DNA from: Amoeboaphelidium protococcarum X5
Taxonomy: Eukaryota > Fungi > Aphelidiomycota
Reading direction: 5' to 3'
Length of the DNA stretch: 64,000 nucleotides
NCBI GenBank assembly: GCA_023515725.1
Contig: JALDTO010000098.1
Span: 1,886,164 to 1,950,163 of the forward strand
A program made the position numbers and the translations under genes. This document shows, one piece after another, positions 13,017 to 25,046 of the stretch; within the stretch, counting starts at the first letter, position 1, and each line of letters opens with the position of its first letter. The notes below the pieces were generated by a model that made no database searches, had not been told where the DNA came from, and saw only the letters and a program-made list of their open reading frames with translations.

Positions 13017-14918
13017 TCAACCACAGCCCGAAATCTCTAGATCTGGAGAAGCATAAGAGCACGCCAGTTAGATACTATGAAAATACCTTCTGAACTAACT
13101 TTCTGGGATAGCAAAGATTGTTTTACCTTCAATACTTTAGACGCCCGGAACATTAACTTCTGGAGAATTAGTGGCTCCCCAGGGGTTTGATAGCACGATC
13201 ATACCATCTTTCTAGTACAATAATGCATACACGTGATTAGGCGCCAAATTTACACTCTTCACCAATGCTTTATCCGGGTATGTACTGGCAACAACCGCAG
13301 TGCAAGTACCAGACGCTGTGACGCTTATGGTGGCTATCTACCCGAGATTATTGATTTTATTCACCTTGACAGACCCAAATTTTTAGCCGATCAGAGCACG
13401 TAAACCATATTCAGCATACGAACCATGTTTGAGATGTTTGCCTTCTTGAACGAAATGCTCTTCCGCAGCTGTCAGAAATACACCAGCCCATTTAGGATAC
13501 CAACCAATATCAGGCGAACTCAAATGATCATACCAGCCGCTGCAGCTTTTGCTATAAACTTTTGGCTACAGCTGCTAATCATACAGGGTCACATCGCAAG
13601 TACTCCACATCCCTCTCGGTGTCCAATTGTCTTTACGCTTAACAGTAAACGCGGCAGGGCATCGATATGCCACCGCTGCCATGCCAGCCAAAAACCAACA
13701 ACTTCCCCAGGTTCCTTAATTGATATCTTCAATATCCTTCAAATCTTTGTTGAATAAGTTAGTACTGAGAGTTCTACCATAATTGACTTGCTTGGAGTCT
13801 GCCGGTAGTTCTGGCATAGGACCAGATACATCTGGAAGATCACCAATAGGAGGAAATGCAATCTTCTGAGGATCAATCTCAGCACACAGGGCTCCTACCG
13901 CAGATCCAGTCTCGTTGATAAAAATTTTGGAAATTGCCCAGAACTTTCCATCACCTGAATCGTATGTATCTTATGCAGTGCAAGACATTAAGCTAACGGA
14001 AGCAACTGAACTTTTATAAGAATCTTTAACGAGTAAAGAATTCTGTTCAGAGCCAATGCAGGTTGCCTGTGAGTAATTACCAATGCTGCTCAGAGAGACA
14101 CTGGAGATTAATCCGCCGGGACAAAATAGAGCATGAATAGGCGACTGGCCGTCTAAATCTTGAGAGCGCGATTGAATAACTTTACTACCGTACTCGTACG
14201 TCAGTTAATTCATATCCATACCATTGCACTCGAAATAAGGACTTGTCTGGTTAGATATTACAGTCATTAAACCACGTCCGGAGCAGTCATAATCGGTGTA
14301 AGTCCGCTTCGGAGTCGGAGGCACTTCACACATGGCATAAGCAATTGCACCAGTCGTTGAATTAACAAGCAATTGGGAGACAGCAGAGGCGGAAGAATTT
14401 TGAACCTCTCCGTACCAGATAGATGGACAGCTCTGGCCAGGAATGATCACGTTAAAACCAGGATGGTCACCAACCATGGGACCATCAGGAGACTTGATGC
14501 AGGACACGCTGTTGATTTGGTCAGTAGTCTTGTTAACGCGATAATTGCTGATGAATCCATCGCCACATGAATATGTAGTAAGACCAGTAGACTCAATCTT
14601 TACCTTAGCTGCAGTCGTTATAACGGAAGAGAGATCAACAGAGGTCAATCTTTACCCATTGACGGCACATATCGGGAGAGAATCGTTATTCAGACCAGTT
14701 ATAAATGAAGAGCATTGATACTACTTTGCCACAGAGAAATTTTAATCAGACGCATAAAACGAATTGGTTTCAATAGGAGCTATAGTCATAATTTTGGTAG
14801 GAGGTAAAGACCTGGTAAGCGGCCCTTAAGGTGCCTACGCTAAACATGTCAGTTTTTACTGAGCAAAGAAGGACATCAGCGCGGTTAACTATACCAATAC
14901 TTTGACTATGGAACTCAT
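13017..14918 (-). CDS. Signal-peptide-bearing calpain-like cysteine protease (peptidase C2 catalytic domain at C-terminus, 633 aa)
   Basis: One frame. DIEDINQGTWGSCWFLAGMAAVA (oxyanion Gln, catalytic Cys), LAPNHVYALL (His), IVLSNPWG (Asn). Hydrophobic N-terminus, then ~350 aa Ser/Thr-rich region with spaced Cys and many N-x-S/T sequons. Confidence 0.85.
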
Positions 14919-15611
14919 TTAGATTGATTTATTATGTATCGTGAAATTCTCTATGAATATTTTAAAAAATCTTAGATGATATACACGAATAAAGGGAGAA
15001 AATCTTGATCTTATAGTTGTCACGAGAGGCATGACTCCCACGCTTTCATATGTTACGTTACATTCACAAGGTATCAGATCAGATATTTGATTGGACGCTG
15101 TGTACGCATCTCACGCCAGGATCCGGTTTCAGTTACACATTAGTCAAATCACACGACTAAAATTAAAAGTTATCCAATTGCAGTTGTTACATCATGTTAC
15201 ATTTCTGACTTGGCGAAAGTTCGACAGAATGCACAAAAGTTACACGCTATGGAGGCAGTTTATTGACACAACGAAATGGTTAGGGATCTCCAGTGATGTC
15301 CGAAGCCAAGATCACGTTTCTCCGAGGTATGGTCAGACTAAGCAACCTTTATTTATTAAATATCAACATGACTGTTTCTTTGCATCTTTATTGCACTGTG
15401 GCCATTCTTATTATTGGCTAAGTTTTTCAATTTATTGTTTCAACATTAAAGTGTACATGGTTATAGATTCAGGCTCTCTTCTGATTGAACCATAATGATT
15501 CGCATCAATTGTTCCTGAATTCTTGTCTCTAATTTGTCGATAATCACTCCCTATAATAAATTTGTTTTTATATATTTATATCTTTTATTATTACATCCAG
15601 GCAAGTTGATC

Positions 15612-16445
15612 ATGGATCTTAAATTGGCGCATGTGTTGGCCACAGCCACCTATATGTGTATGCATGGATGCCATGATCCAGAATAGATTGAAACATGGCA
15701 CGAAGAGTCGAAACAGGAATAGCAAGACTCGGCTAAATTAACAGAAAAATAGCTGAAATAAAGAGCTGTATTACACGAGATAGATGTACTATCTGCTTAT
15801 ATATTCCACTCATCTAAACTGACGCGTCTCCCATATCAACAGAGCGTGCTCGCCGTGGCTTATGTTTATCGCTATTCTCAAAATCAATACTGTCTACCGT
15901 AGATTGCCAATGCACCAAAACATGATATAACTCCGCTAGAGGCGTATATATGCTGCTTCATGATTGCAAACAAGTAATTAGATGATCAGAATTACACAAA
16001 CAAGGTCTGGACCCAAGTTGTAGCAGATTACCTGAACAATTTGGACTACCTCATTATGGATGATTTGCTATACTCTCTAGAGAATATGAGTAAATTAAAG
16101 ACACTCAACCATCTTGAAAGACTATTGATGAGATCTCTGGATTATCGGCTGTTCTTCTTACGTTACGAGCTGGACTGTTTCGTGTGTGATGCCACGTCAC
16201 TGATGAAAGCTGCTCCGTCTCAACTCGGATCCAAGAAGCTGTAGTTTGATCAAAAGTTGGTGTCTACCACATTTCACTGCCTGCAAGAGTAAAATTTGGT
16301 AATGCTACACAGTGCGAGTAGATAACACAACTTTGATAAAGAAAAGGTGCCGTCTACTATAGTAACGATGAAATTGAAAGCGTTGACACTCGACGCGTCT
16401 TCGAACAGTTGTAATCCTGGCTCTTACAAAGTTGCCCCCATATGA
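15612..16445 (+). CDS. Pho80/PCL-family cyclin-like protein
   Basis: LAVAYVYRY, CFMIANKQLDDQNYTNKVWTQV, LNHLERLLMRSLDYRLF fit the PCL/Pho80 cyclin box. Confidence 0.75.
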
Positions 16446-16783
16446 CTGTATGCATTTATTTTGAGTGTGTCATATCGAATGTGGTATTGTGGAAGCTTAA
16501 TTACTGCAAGCTCAATACCACTATAACAAAATTCATTCTGAGACAGGTGCAGTGAATCGATGATGAATAAACCGTGTGTCAAATCAGTTGTACGTACTTA
16601 ACAACGTGATCTTACAGCCAGTTGTCTTGACATCGCCAAGTTTCGATTCAGTTCATTCATTCTTGATAATAATATTATTATTCGATCAAGTTTGAATCAT
16701 CAAATTTTTACAATCATCTATATTTTAGTTCATAATTAGTATCTTGCTTTAAGTAAATACAGTCAACACATAATAATAACAAT

Positions 16784-19243
16784 ATGGATGATTTAGCTGA
16801 TTTGAGTTGGGGCAATCCAGCGCAGAATCCTAGTAACAAGAAAGTGATGAACTCTACCAATACTCAGAGTTCAATGTAAAGCGGCCAATAATAATCTCAT
16901 CTACCAAGAATGGCTGCCATGTCTGCTCCGATTTCTGCGCCTAATCAGTAATAGTCAACGCTGAGTAGTAGAAGTGCGTCACCATCCAATGCTGGTATGC
17001 CTAATAAGTCTTAGTCAGTTGATCCATTTGCTAATCTCATGAGTGGCAGTATCATGAATTCTAGATAGAGTAACAATAGTAAAGACATGTCCAAGATGAC
17101 TTTGGCAGAGTAATAATAATACGCTAAAAGTTAACAATTAACATCTATGCCTTTGTAGTAGCAATTCTAGGCACCTTAATAGTCCCAGCTCACTTCCTCC
17201 ACCACCTTCAAGTCTTCCCAAAGTGCATCGCCAACGAAGCAGTCTGGTAGTAATGCTAATAATTGGGACTTCGATGCCTTTTTGACAACGTAAAAGTAAT
17301 CGCCGTCTACTCAATAAGCTGATGAGTCTTCTCAATAATAATAGAAGAATAAGGTTCCTCCGAGTGTGTAGAATCTTAATGATGATGATACGTTTGGGCT
17401 GTTTTCAAATTAGCCTCCCGTTCAGAACATCTAACCTGCTGCCAAATCGTCAGATGTGTCTTCCTCATTACAGTAGTCCAAACCTGCCCCTTCCTTACCA
17501 TAGTAGGACAGACAAGTATAGATCTCATAACAACCATGGCTGAACGATAAGCCAAATGATGCAATTTAGCGTAATCAGGATCTGTCTAATGCGGCGGAGA
17601 AGTCATCAGGTGCGTAAAAGGCGCCCGCTGTCAGTCAAGATGAACTTATTGCAAAGATGGTCAATTTGGGGTTTGGTGTCGAAGAATCTAAAAAGGCTCT
17701 GGATAGATCTGATAATAATGTTTAAGAGGCTATGACTCTAATCATCACTGGACAATTACATTAGCAGTAGTAGTAGTAGTAATCTTCCGACTAGTAGTAA
17801 TAGTAGAACAACGGTGGTAAGGATTATAAAGCCAATTTTAACAAGTTTGTTGGCAAGGCACAAGTGCTGAGTGGCGCTCTCTTCTAAAAGGCTAAAGAGA
17901 TTGTGAACGAGTAGAGCAAAAAACTTCAGACCACCATACGTAGTAGTATGGAAGATGTCGGAGATGGTTATGGTGGTCAGTAGTTGGATGATTAGCCTGA
18001 GCTATTTTAGTATCGATAATAGCCTGGCGATATCAGTGATGATCATTTGCATGACTTGAAAGCTGCCAAATAAGTAAAATAGACTGCTGAAGTGTTCAAA
18101 AGCCCGGTTATAGAGCGCCCACCTAAATCGGGCGATTTATCAAATTCCAGAGTCGCTGAGATTATGTCTGCTGCTAATTCGTGTAAGGATCAAGGTACCA
18201 TCTCTTTCAAACAAGGCCAGTATGGTGACGCAGAAGAGCAGTACACTAAGGCGTTGAGTCATTTCCTTCAGTACAGAGAGACGTTTGAATGGACTCTATT
18301 TTATCCAGACTTGGTGTAGTTGGTAATGTCATTGCATAACAATCGTGCCGCGTGCAGACTTAAGAATGGAACATACAAAGATGCCGTGGCTGATTGTGAC
18401 CAAGTATTGCTCCTGTTGAAGGACGAAATGCAGTATGGAGATAATGCTAGTAAGCAGAAGGAGTTGAAAGATGTTCAGAGTAAAGCTTTACTGCGGAAGG
18501 CGACGGCCCTGGAGAATATGGAAAAGTTTAAACTTTCACTGGAGACTTTCTAACTATGTATGGCTGTGTGCCAGAGTGAAGGTGGTCCTGGTGTAGGTAA
18601 GCCTATTTACGACGGTATTAGACGATGTTCTTAAGCTCTGGGAATTGGTCAACCACCGGCGGTAAATAGTAATACAGCTAGAACTGTATCATCATCTTAG
18701 CAGTCTCCTGGAAAGAGCAGTGCTCCTACACAATCTCAGCCTATAAGTAATAAGTCTAGTGACATTATGAATGATTTGGCCTTCCTTGGTGATATGAGTG
18801 GATAAAGTTAGAAGACTCGAGATTTCATGAATACTACAACTGCTACTGCTACTACCTCAGCCGACCAAAGTTTGTAGACATCATAGCCCACGTCGGTGAC
18901 AATGAACTAGTCACAGCTTGAGATGAGAGATAACGTGGATGCTGCCATAATGAAATGGAAGGATGGTAAGGGATAGAATATCAGGGCTCTGTTGTCAACG
19001 CTGGATCAAGTTCTCCGCCCGTATCCGTAAATCTTGTCTAACAATGGCCAATGGACTCCACCAAAGATGTCCGAACTCGTCACTACCAGTCAGGTGAAGA
19101 TAAAGTACATGAAAGCTATTGCTAAAGTGCATCCAGATAAACTACCAAACGTCAGTGAAGAGGAGAATTTGATTTGTGCGTCAGTGTTCAGTGCTCTCAA
19201 TCTCGCATGGGATATATTCAAGGCTCAGAATGGTATGAAGTGA
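16784..19243 (+). CDS. SWA2: Auxilin-like clathrin uncoating factor (DPF/DAF motifs, UBA, TPR, C-terminal J domain)
   Basis: MDDLADLSW start; DPFANL; UBA IAKMVNLGFGVEESKKALDRSDNNVQEAM; TPR KDQGTISFKQGQYGDAEEQYTKAL and NNRAACRLK; WKDGKGQNIRALLSTL; VKIKYMKAIAKVHPDKL. Confidence 0.9.
17762..17806 (+). repeat. TAG/TAA-rich triplet tract encoding poly-Gln inside the Swa2-like CDS
   Basis: In-frame tag cag tag tag tag tag taa ... tag tag taa tag tag. Similar tracts at 49641-49664 (+) and 51836-51871 (-). Confidence 0.8.
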
Positions 19244-19370
19244 TAATGCGTATTCCATCACTACTTGCTATTCAGAGGCGTGTCATGATGATGATATGGA
19301 ATTGAAATATATGTATAGATAGATGATTGCTTAATCGATTTATCCAATATAGAATCATTCAAAAACGAAA

Positions 19371-19733
19371 TCAATAATCTTTGAGACCAAGTGCAGCACA
19401 TCCACCTTTTTATCCGGTGCATAAATACCATCCACTACCTTATTAACATTTACGTTGGGATGGTGCACATGGACAGTCAATGGGGCGCGAGACACATACA
19501 ACTTTCGAGGTATCCCACGGCATGGGGCATATATATCCATCACACCTGTCCATATCGGTCAAAGCCGCCACTCTTACTCTCTAACCTCCCGTAAAAGAAG
19601 TACTACCACCACCACCTTCACCATCATAAGCGTAATGATCATCTCCCCCATGATGCTAATCTCCACCTTCCTAAAAGAACTATTGGAAGAATCCATCGAA
19701 TGCATTAATAGTCGCTGACAATAGCAGCATCAT
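19371..19733 (-). CDS. LCL2: Lcl2-like (long chronological lifespan 2) small secretory-pathway protein
   Basis: MMLLLSATINAFDGFFQQFFQEGG...RCDGYICPMPWDTSKVVCVSRPIDCPC...WYLC fits the fungal Lcl2 pattern (FFxQxF; CxxYxCP..CVxxPxxCPC). Start codon uncertain. Confidence 0.7.
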
Positions 19734-19849
19734 AACTACAGTCTACCATACAAACTTATAACATTATAATCACTAAACTGAAATCTTTATTGTTATCAAC
19801 TTACTACATGATATATACTCCTCATTTTTATAATAATAATATTCAATAG

Positions 19850-20779
19850 ATGCTTTAAGACAATGATAGTAAAGTTCAAGAAATCTTCTCTTACAAAGTG
19901 GGAAAGAAATCGCTGCGAGTGAATGAACAAATGATGAAGAATTTAATGCTTTTCCGACTTATTGCATCCTAGTTTAGTGTGGAATGTGAACAAGATGAGT
20001 CTGACTATAACTAGAATGCTTCACATCAAGTCGCTGAAGTTGCCTTTACATTGGGCGTAATTGGTGGAACGTGTCTCTCTATCGCTGTGTCACTTGTATG
20101 GTCCAATAGCGTGATCTTCTTGCTGTTGTAAGGACCTCTTTTGTATGTCGCGTCTCTCTGTACATTCCACCTCTTGGAGTATTATTCTACGGCCATTAAT
20201 CACCCGGAATCTATAAATTTGTCATCATTCTTACTGGATCATTCGCGGGAATACTGGTTGGCGCATATAAGTTCATTGATTGAGTACACTGTTTGGTTTA
20301 TCATTTTAAGGATATTCTTTAACCACTAAGCATCCGCGTATTCTGTCGCTCTAGTTGTTATTAAGCTCTTTGGTGTTGTTGGTGTATGCTTGGGATAATG
20401 GTTGAGAACTTGGGCAATGCTCACGGCTGGGCGTAATTTCACTCATCAAGTCAAAACGTCTGATAGTAATAGAAGTTCCTGGAGAACTGATACAGCCAAC
20501 GGTTAGACCAGAAGTAGCAATATTGATCATCAACTTGTCACCTCAGGAATCTATTCCTATATAAGACACCCGTCATATTGCGCGTTTATGCTGTGGACTA
20601 TCAGTCTTCACTTGTTGCTTGTATACTCTCCCGTTACACTGATGATTCATACCGTTTTTCTATGGCGTTTCTTCCACTCGCGGATTGCCACTGAAGATCA
20701 CTGGCTGGAGGAGACATTTGAAGAGAAGTTTCATGATTACAAGAAACGTACCTTCAGTGGAATCCCTTTTATTAGGTGA
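19850..20779 (+). CDS. STE14: Isoprenylcysteine carboxyl methyltransferase (ICMT/Ste14)
   Basis: FHLLEYYSTA, SSFLLDHSREYWLAH, LRTWAMLTAGRNFTHQV, HQLVTSGIYSYIRHPSY, WRFFHSRIATED, YKKRTFSGIPFI. Start could also be 19808 or further downstream. Confidence 0.9.
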
Positions 20780-21000
20780 TTTGAATTGATCATTTACAGT
20801 ATATATGTATAGTTGCTCTTTATTATGTTTCCTTTGTATATAAACGCATGTTATCGTCCAGCTTAAAGTTGCTTCAAGCATTTCTTCTTTCTTACTTGGC
20901 TTTAAGCGTCGCGATTCTTCTTCATCGCCTGTGTTAAACGCGTTAATTTGTATAAATTACTACAAAGATCTTAGCTTCTTACGCGTAAATATATAAAAAG

Positions 21001-21234
21001 ATGAAGCCATCGAATCCGGAATTGAAGAAGCTTATGGATAAAAAGGTGTAAATATTGGTGAATGCTAATAGGAAAATGTGTGGAACTCTCAGAGGATATG
21101 ATCCGTTCTTGAATATAGTGTTGGATGATGCTGTACATACAACTAAAGATGGGCGAGAAGTCTCCATGGGGACTGTTGTGATCAGAGGCAATGCTGTCAA
21201 GAGCATGGAGTGTCTAGAACGTGTTGTTACCTGA
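21001..21234 (+). CDS. SNRPG: Small nuclear ribonucleoprotein Sm G
   Basis: MKPSNPELKKLMDKKVQILVNANRKMCGTLRGYDPFLNIVLDDAV...MGTVVIRGNAVKSMECLE. Missed by the track because of an internal TAA. Confidence 0.92.
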
Positions 21235-21351
21235 ACATGAAAGACTGAATGATTAATTTGAAATCTATAAATTTGTATTTTTAGCTTAGGACTACGTTAT
21301 CATATCTACTATATAAAGCTTCTCTCATTCCTTTAAGCCAGTAAATCAACT

Positions 21352-22923
21352 TCAAGCATTCTACGCGTTCATCTACTCCACGAGCTTTCGCGTTTCCGGA
21401 TCCATGCCTTCCAGTACGGCATCTTGGCCTTTCACAATTAGATCCCATAGAGTAATTCTAATATTCTATGATTTTTCCATAAATTCCTGTTACTGCTATT
21501 CAGCCTATTTCATAACTTGCTCCTACTCCTGCCTAGACTTTTCCAGATTCTTGGCAAACTCATTATGGTGTTGCAGCATCGCGTCTGCCTGGCTCAAACT
21601 TTACTGTTGAGAAGTAGGCATTGAAGCACCGGTGACCTGACCAGGCATAGGCTGTGAGATTGGCTTAATTCCCAGGAAGGCCATCAAAGTGCCCAATATT
21701 CCACCACTACCGCCACTCTGACCGATATTGGCAATGGATTCACGCGACTGTAAACGGGCAGCCTGTTCTTGTGCAGTCTTCTATCGCACCATCTCTACAT
21801 TCTTGGCGAATTCTTTTGGGATATCTGTTCCCTAATACTGCTTGAGAATAGGCCTGAAATCATTGCTCTTGGACATTGCCAGAGTTTCCAAGAATGGTAG
21901 CATATCCAGCAGATACGCATCTTTATCCTTAGAAGGAGACTGAGTATCCCAGAGCGATGGTACTATCAAGATATCATCAGCATTGATCACCTCATCCTTG
22001 AACTGATCAAGCAAGATCGTGGTGGATAAATCTCTTCCTAAATTGTTCAAATCTTTCACCATGTTCAGTCTCCCACCATCGAGATCAAATGCTAAATGAT
22101 CGCGGTAGAGTCTGTTAGCATTAGGATCTTGTGGATTTGCTGATGCCTGACTAATGGCACCGCCAGATTTAATATCCAGCTAGTGGAGAGCCATCTCCTG
22201 CAATGATTGACCACCTTGATTCAGAGTACGTGAACTCCAAATCACAATCTCATAATACTGACTGAGATAACTCAGAAAATACTCGGCATATGGACGTTTA
22301 ATGACGTGCCATCCCTTATCGCGAGTCCACTCAGTCTAGAATAGAGTACCTTCAGGCTCGATGATCAGTGTGGGAACTCTATAATATTTCTGCAAGCTTT
22401 GTGGCGTACCAGGAGGCATAGGGATTGGAATGGTGATCGGTGCAGGTAGGAATGGATACATAAACTCTGGAGGATCTACATAACGCTTATACACTGACAG
22501 AAGTCTGTACTGCAATCGCTTCAGAGGAGCCATATATTAGGAAGCATTGGCAATCATTGGAGGCTCAACAGCAGAAGATCTTTATGCTGCTGATGATGAT
22601 GATGCTGTTGTTGGATAATCATGACTGCTCTTGGATCGCTGATCGTCGAACGGAACAGGCTTCCAGCTATAATATCCAAGTGTGCCAACTAGACTAGCCA
22701 AAATACCATATCCAACCATCTTGGCAACGATAGATTCACCACCCTCCGCCATATCACCGCTATGACGCGTTGTCTAAGACGGTCTACCTGAAGACTCCAC
22801 TTCCATGCGACTTTGCAGCGTCTGACGCGTCTATTCCGGAATCAATGACTACTACTTATTAGACGAGACTAATCTCCGGCTCTGTATGTTATTAATTCTA
22901 ATTAGTCGCGTCTACTTGAGCAT
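21352..22923 (-). CDS. TIM50: Mitochondrial import inner membrane translocase subunit Tim50
   Basis: Arg/Ser-rich presequence, single TM, NIF-like domain [69 protein letters not shown]...DFRPILKQY. Confidence 0.9.
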
Positions 22924-23217
22924 TCTTAATTTATTATCAATGGGATGGTAGAATTTTACACTGATAAAAGACAACGGAAAAAATTCACAGCGAATTTAAA
23001 AGCGATCGTGAAAATCTCTTTCAATTAAGTGCGAGAAGGGAAACGTTACGCTAAAGCCTAGCCATGTCAGTCGACCGCGTATGGCTCTCAAAGAACGGGC
23101 GAGTCGGTGAAAGTTTCAGTTTCCTTGAACATTTCCATTCTTTAATTGAAACCGATAAGTATTTCTGTACTTCTTCTTACTAAGAACTATCTGCAATATA
23201 AATCAGCCAGCTAAATA

Positions 23218-24282
23218 ATGAGTGTGTCGAACGGAGTTTAGACAGAGTTGATAACATTGTCTCGTTAGGTGCTTAATGAGTAGTACAAGTTCAAGGAGGC
23301 TTCTGGCGATCTGACGCTGCTTCTGGTCAGTATCCAACTTGGTTGTAAATTCGTGTCCAGTCAGGTGCGCAAAGCTGGTCTGGTCTAATTGACCGGTCTG
23401 AGTTCTAATAATGCTGTCAATGTACAGGGCGAAGATGTCAAGAAGTTGGATGAGGTGTCCAACTCCATTTTCATTAATGCTCTAAAATCATCCGGTAAGG
23501 TGGCAGTTATGGTGAGTGAGGAGAATGAGAACGAGATCATTGTCGAGGGACCGCTTAAGGGAAAGTACTGCGTGGTTTTTGATCCATTGGATGGAAGTTC
23601 AAACATTGATTGTGCGATCAGTATTGGTACCATATTTGGTATTTACAAGCTTCAGGATGGTGATAAGGGTGATAGTGTGAAGTCTGTACTACGTCCCGGG
23701 AGAGAAATGGTTGCCGCCGGGTACTGTTTGTATGGCTCCACCACCATGTTGATGCTAGCTACCAAGAATAGTGCTAGCGGTGATGGTATTTCCGGTGCAA
23801 CTCTGAACGGATACACTTTGGACACTTCAATTGGTGAGTTTATCCTCACACATCCCAAGGTGCAGATTCCTAAGCGTGGAAAAATTTACTCTGTCAATGA
23901 GGGAAACTCTGTGTACTGGGACGATGCATGTAAGAAGTACTTCTCCTCTCTGAAGAATCCCGCTGACCCTAATGCTAAGCCATACAGTGCGCGCTATGTT
24001 GGATCCATGGTTGCCGATGTGCACCGAACCATTCTATATGGTGGTATATTTGCTTACCCAGCCGACAGCAAGAGTAAGAATGGTAAGTTGCGTCTGCTGT
24101 ACGAATGCTTCCCGATGGCATTTATTGTTGAAGCTGCCGGTGGACTGGCCATAACTGGTAAGAGCGGCGAGTAAATATTGAATCTGATCCCCAAGAGCAT
24201 TCACGACAGAGCTCCAATCTTTTTGGGATCTCGCGATGATGTGACTGATCTTGCCACTTGTTACAAATCGGTGTCTAATTGA
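23218..24282 (+). CDS. FBP1: Fructose-1,6-bisphosphatase (class I)
   Basis: [75 protein letters not shown]. Confidence 0.97.
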
Positions 24283-24550
24283 GGATAGCTGTTTGAGGAT
24301 AGCGGAATTGTAATTACATGGATTGAAATATCCTTGGATTATTGTTCAGCTCCGGTGGATGTGATCATGTAGTAGTAATGTTATCAATGAAGAATTTTGT
24401 TCATCACAGTACTATCCTGTTCTCTTCCACCTGTTGTAATCGTTGCTTTGGTTTCGCGTCATTTTGTTTTGTTTCTCGCCTTTGAAACGTTTATAAAACT
24501 TCTTTGTCCTGTGCTAAAAATCCATTCTTTAGAAACTAAGAGGATTGAAT

Positions 24551-24850
24551 ATGTCTCGGTAAAAAGTTTTGAATTTGTATAAGCGGCTATTATATGCAGT
24601 GAGAGAGTATCCGGAACCGTTTGATGCTTAATTGTTTTAGTAACCTTAAATGGAAATGAGAATACCACAGTCTGAAGTACTTCGGTAGAGAGTACGAAAG
24701 CAATTCCGAGCCAACGCCTCCATGACTGATCAGGGTGATATTCAGAAAAAGATTGAGCTGGGTGAGTACATTATCAAAGAGATTGAGGCTATGCACAAAC
24801 TGCGGAAATATAGACATTTAAAAAAGAACTATTATGACTCTGATGAATGA
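24551..24850 (+). CDS. ETFRF1: LYR-motif protein LYRM5 / electron transfer flavoprotein regulatory factor 1
   Basis: MSRQKVLNLYKRLLYAVREYP...IELGEYIIKEIEAMHKLRKYRHLKKNYY. Absent from the track. Confidence 0.88.
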
Positions 24851-25046
24851 ATATTATTTTTTAAACTTAGTTCATGCATATTAGAAATCTCTTCCGCTGA
24901 GACTGCTCAGTCAGAATAGTTAATCCACTTTACGCGGTAACGAACGCGTTTGAGATCAAGTGAAAAGTCATCAAATTGTACCATCATCTCTTTGAGCTCT
25001 TTTCAATCTTTATAAATCAAGTTTTAGTAATAACCTGTTGAAAATT

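Noticed and set aside
19355-19543. Track ORF MMDIYAPCRG... as the gene at this locus
   Set aside because: The overlapping frame 19371-19733 gives a recognisable Lcl2-like protein.
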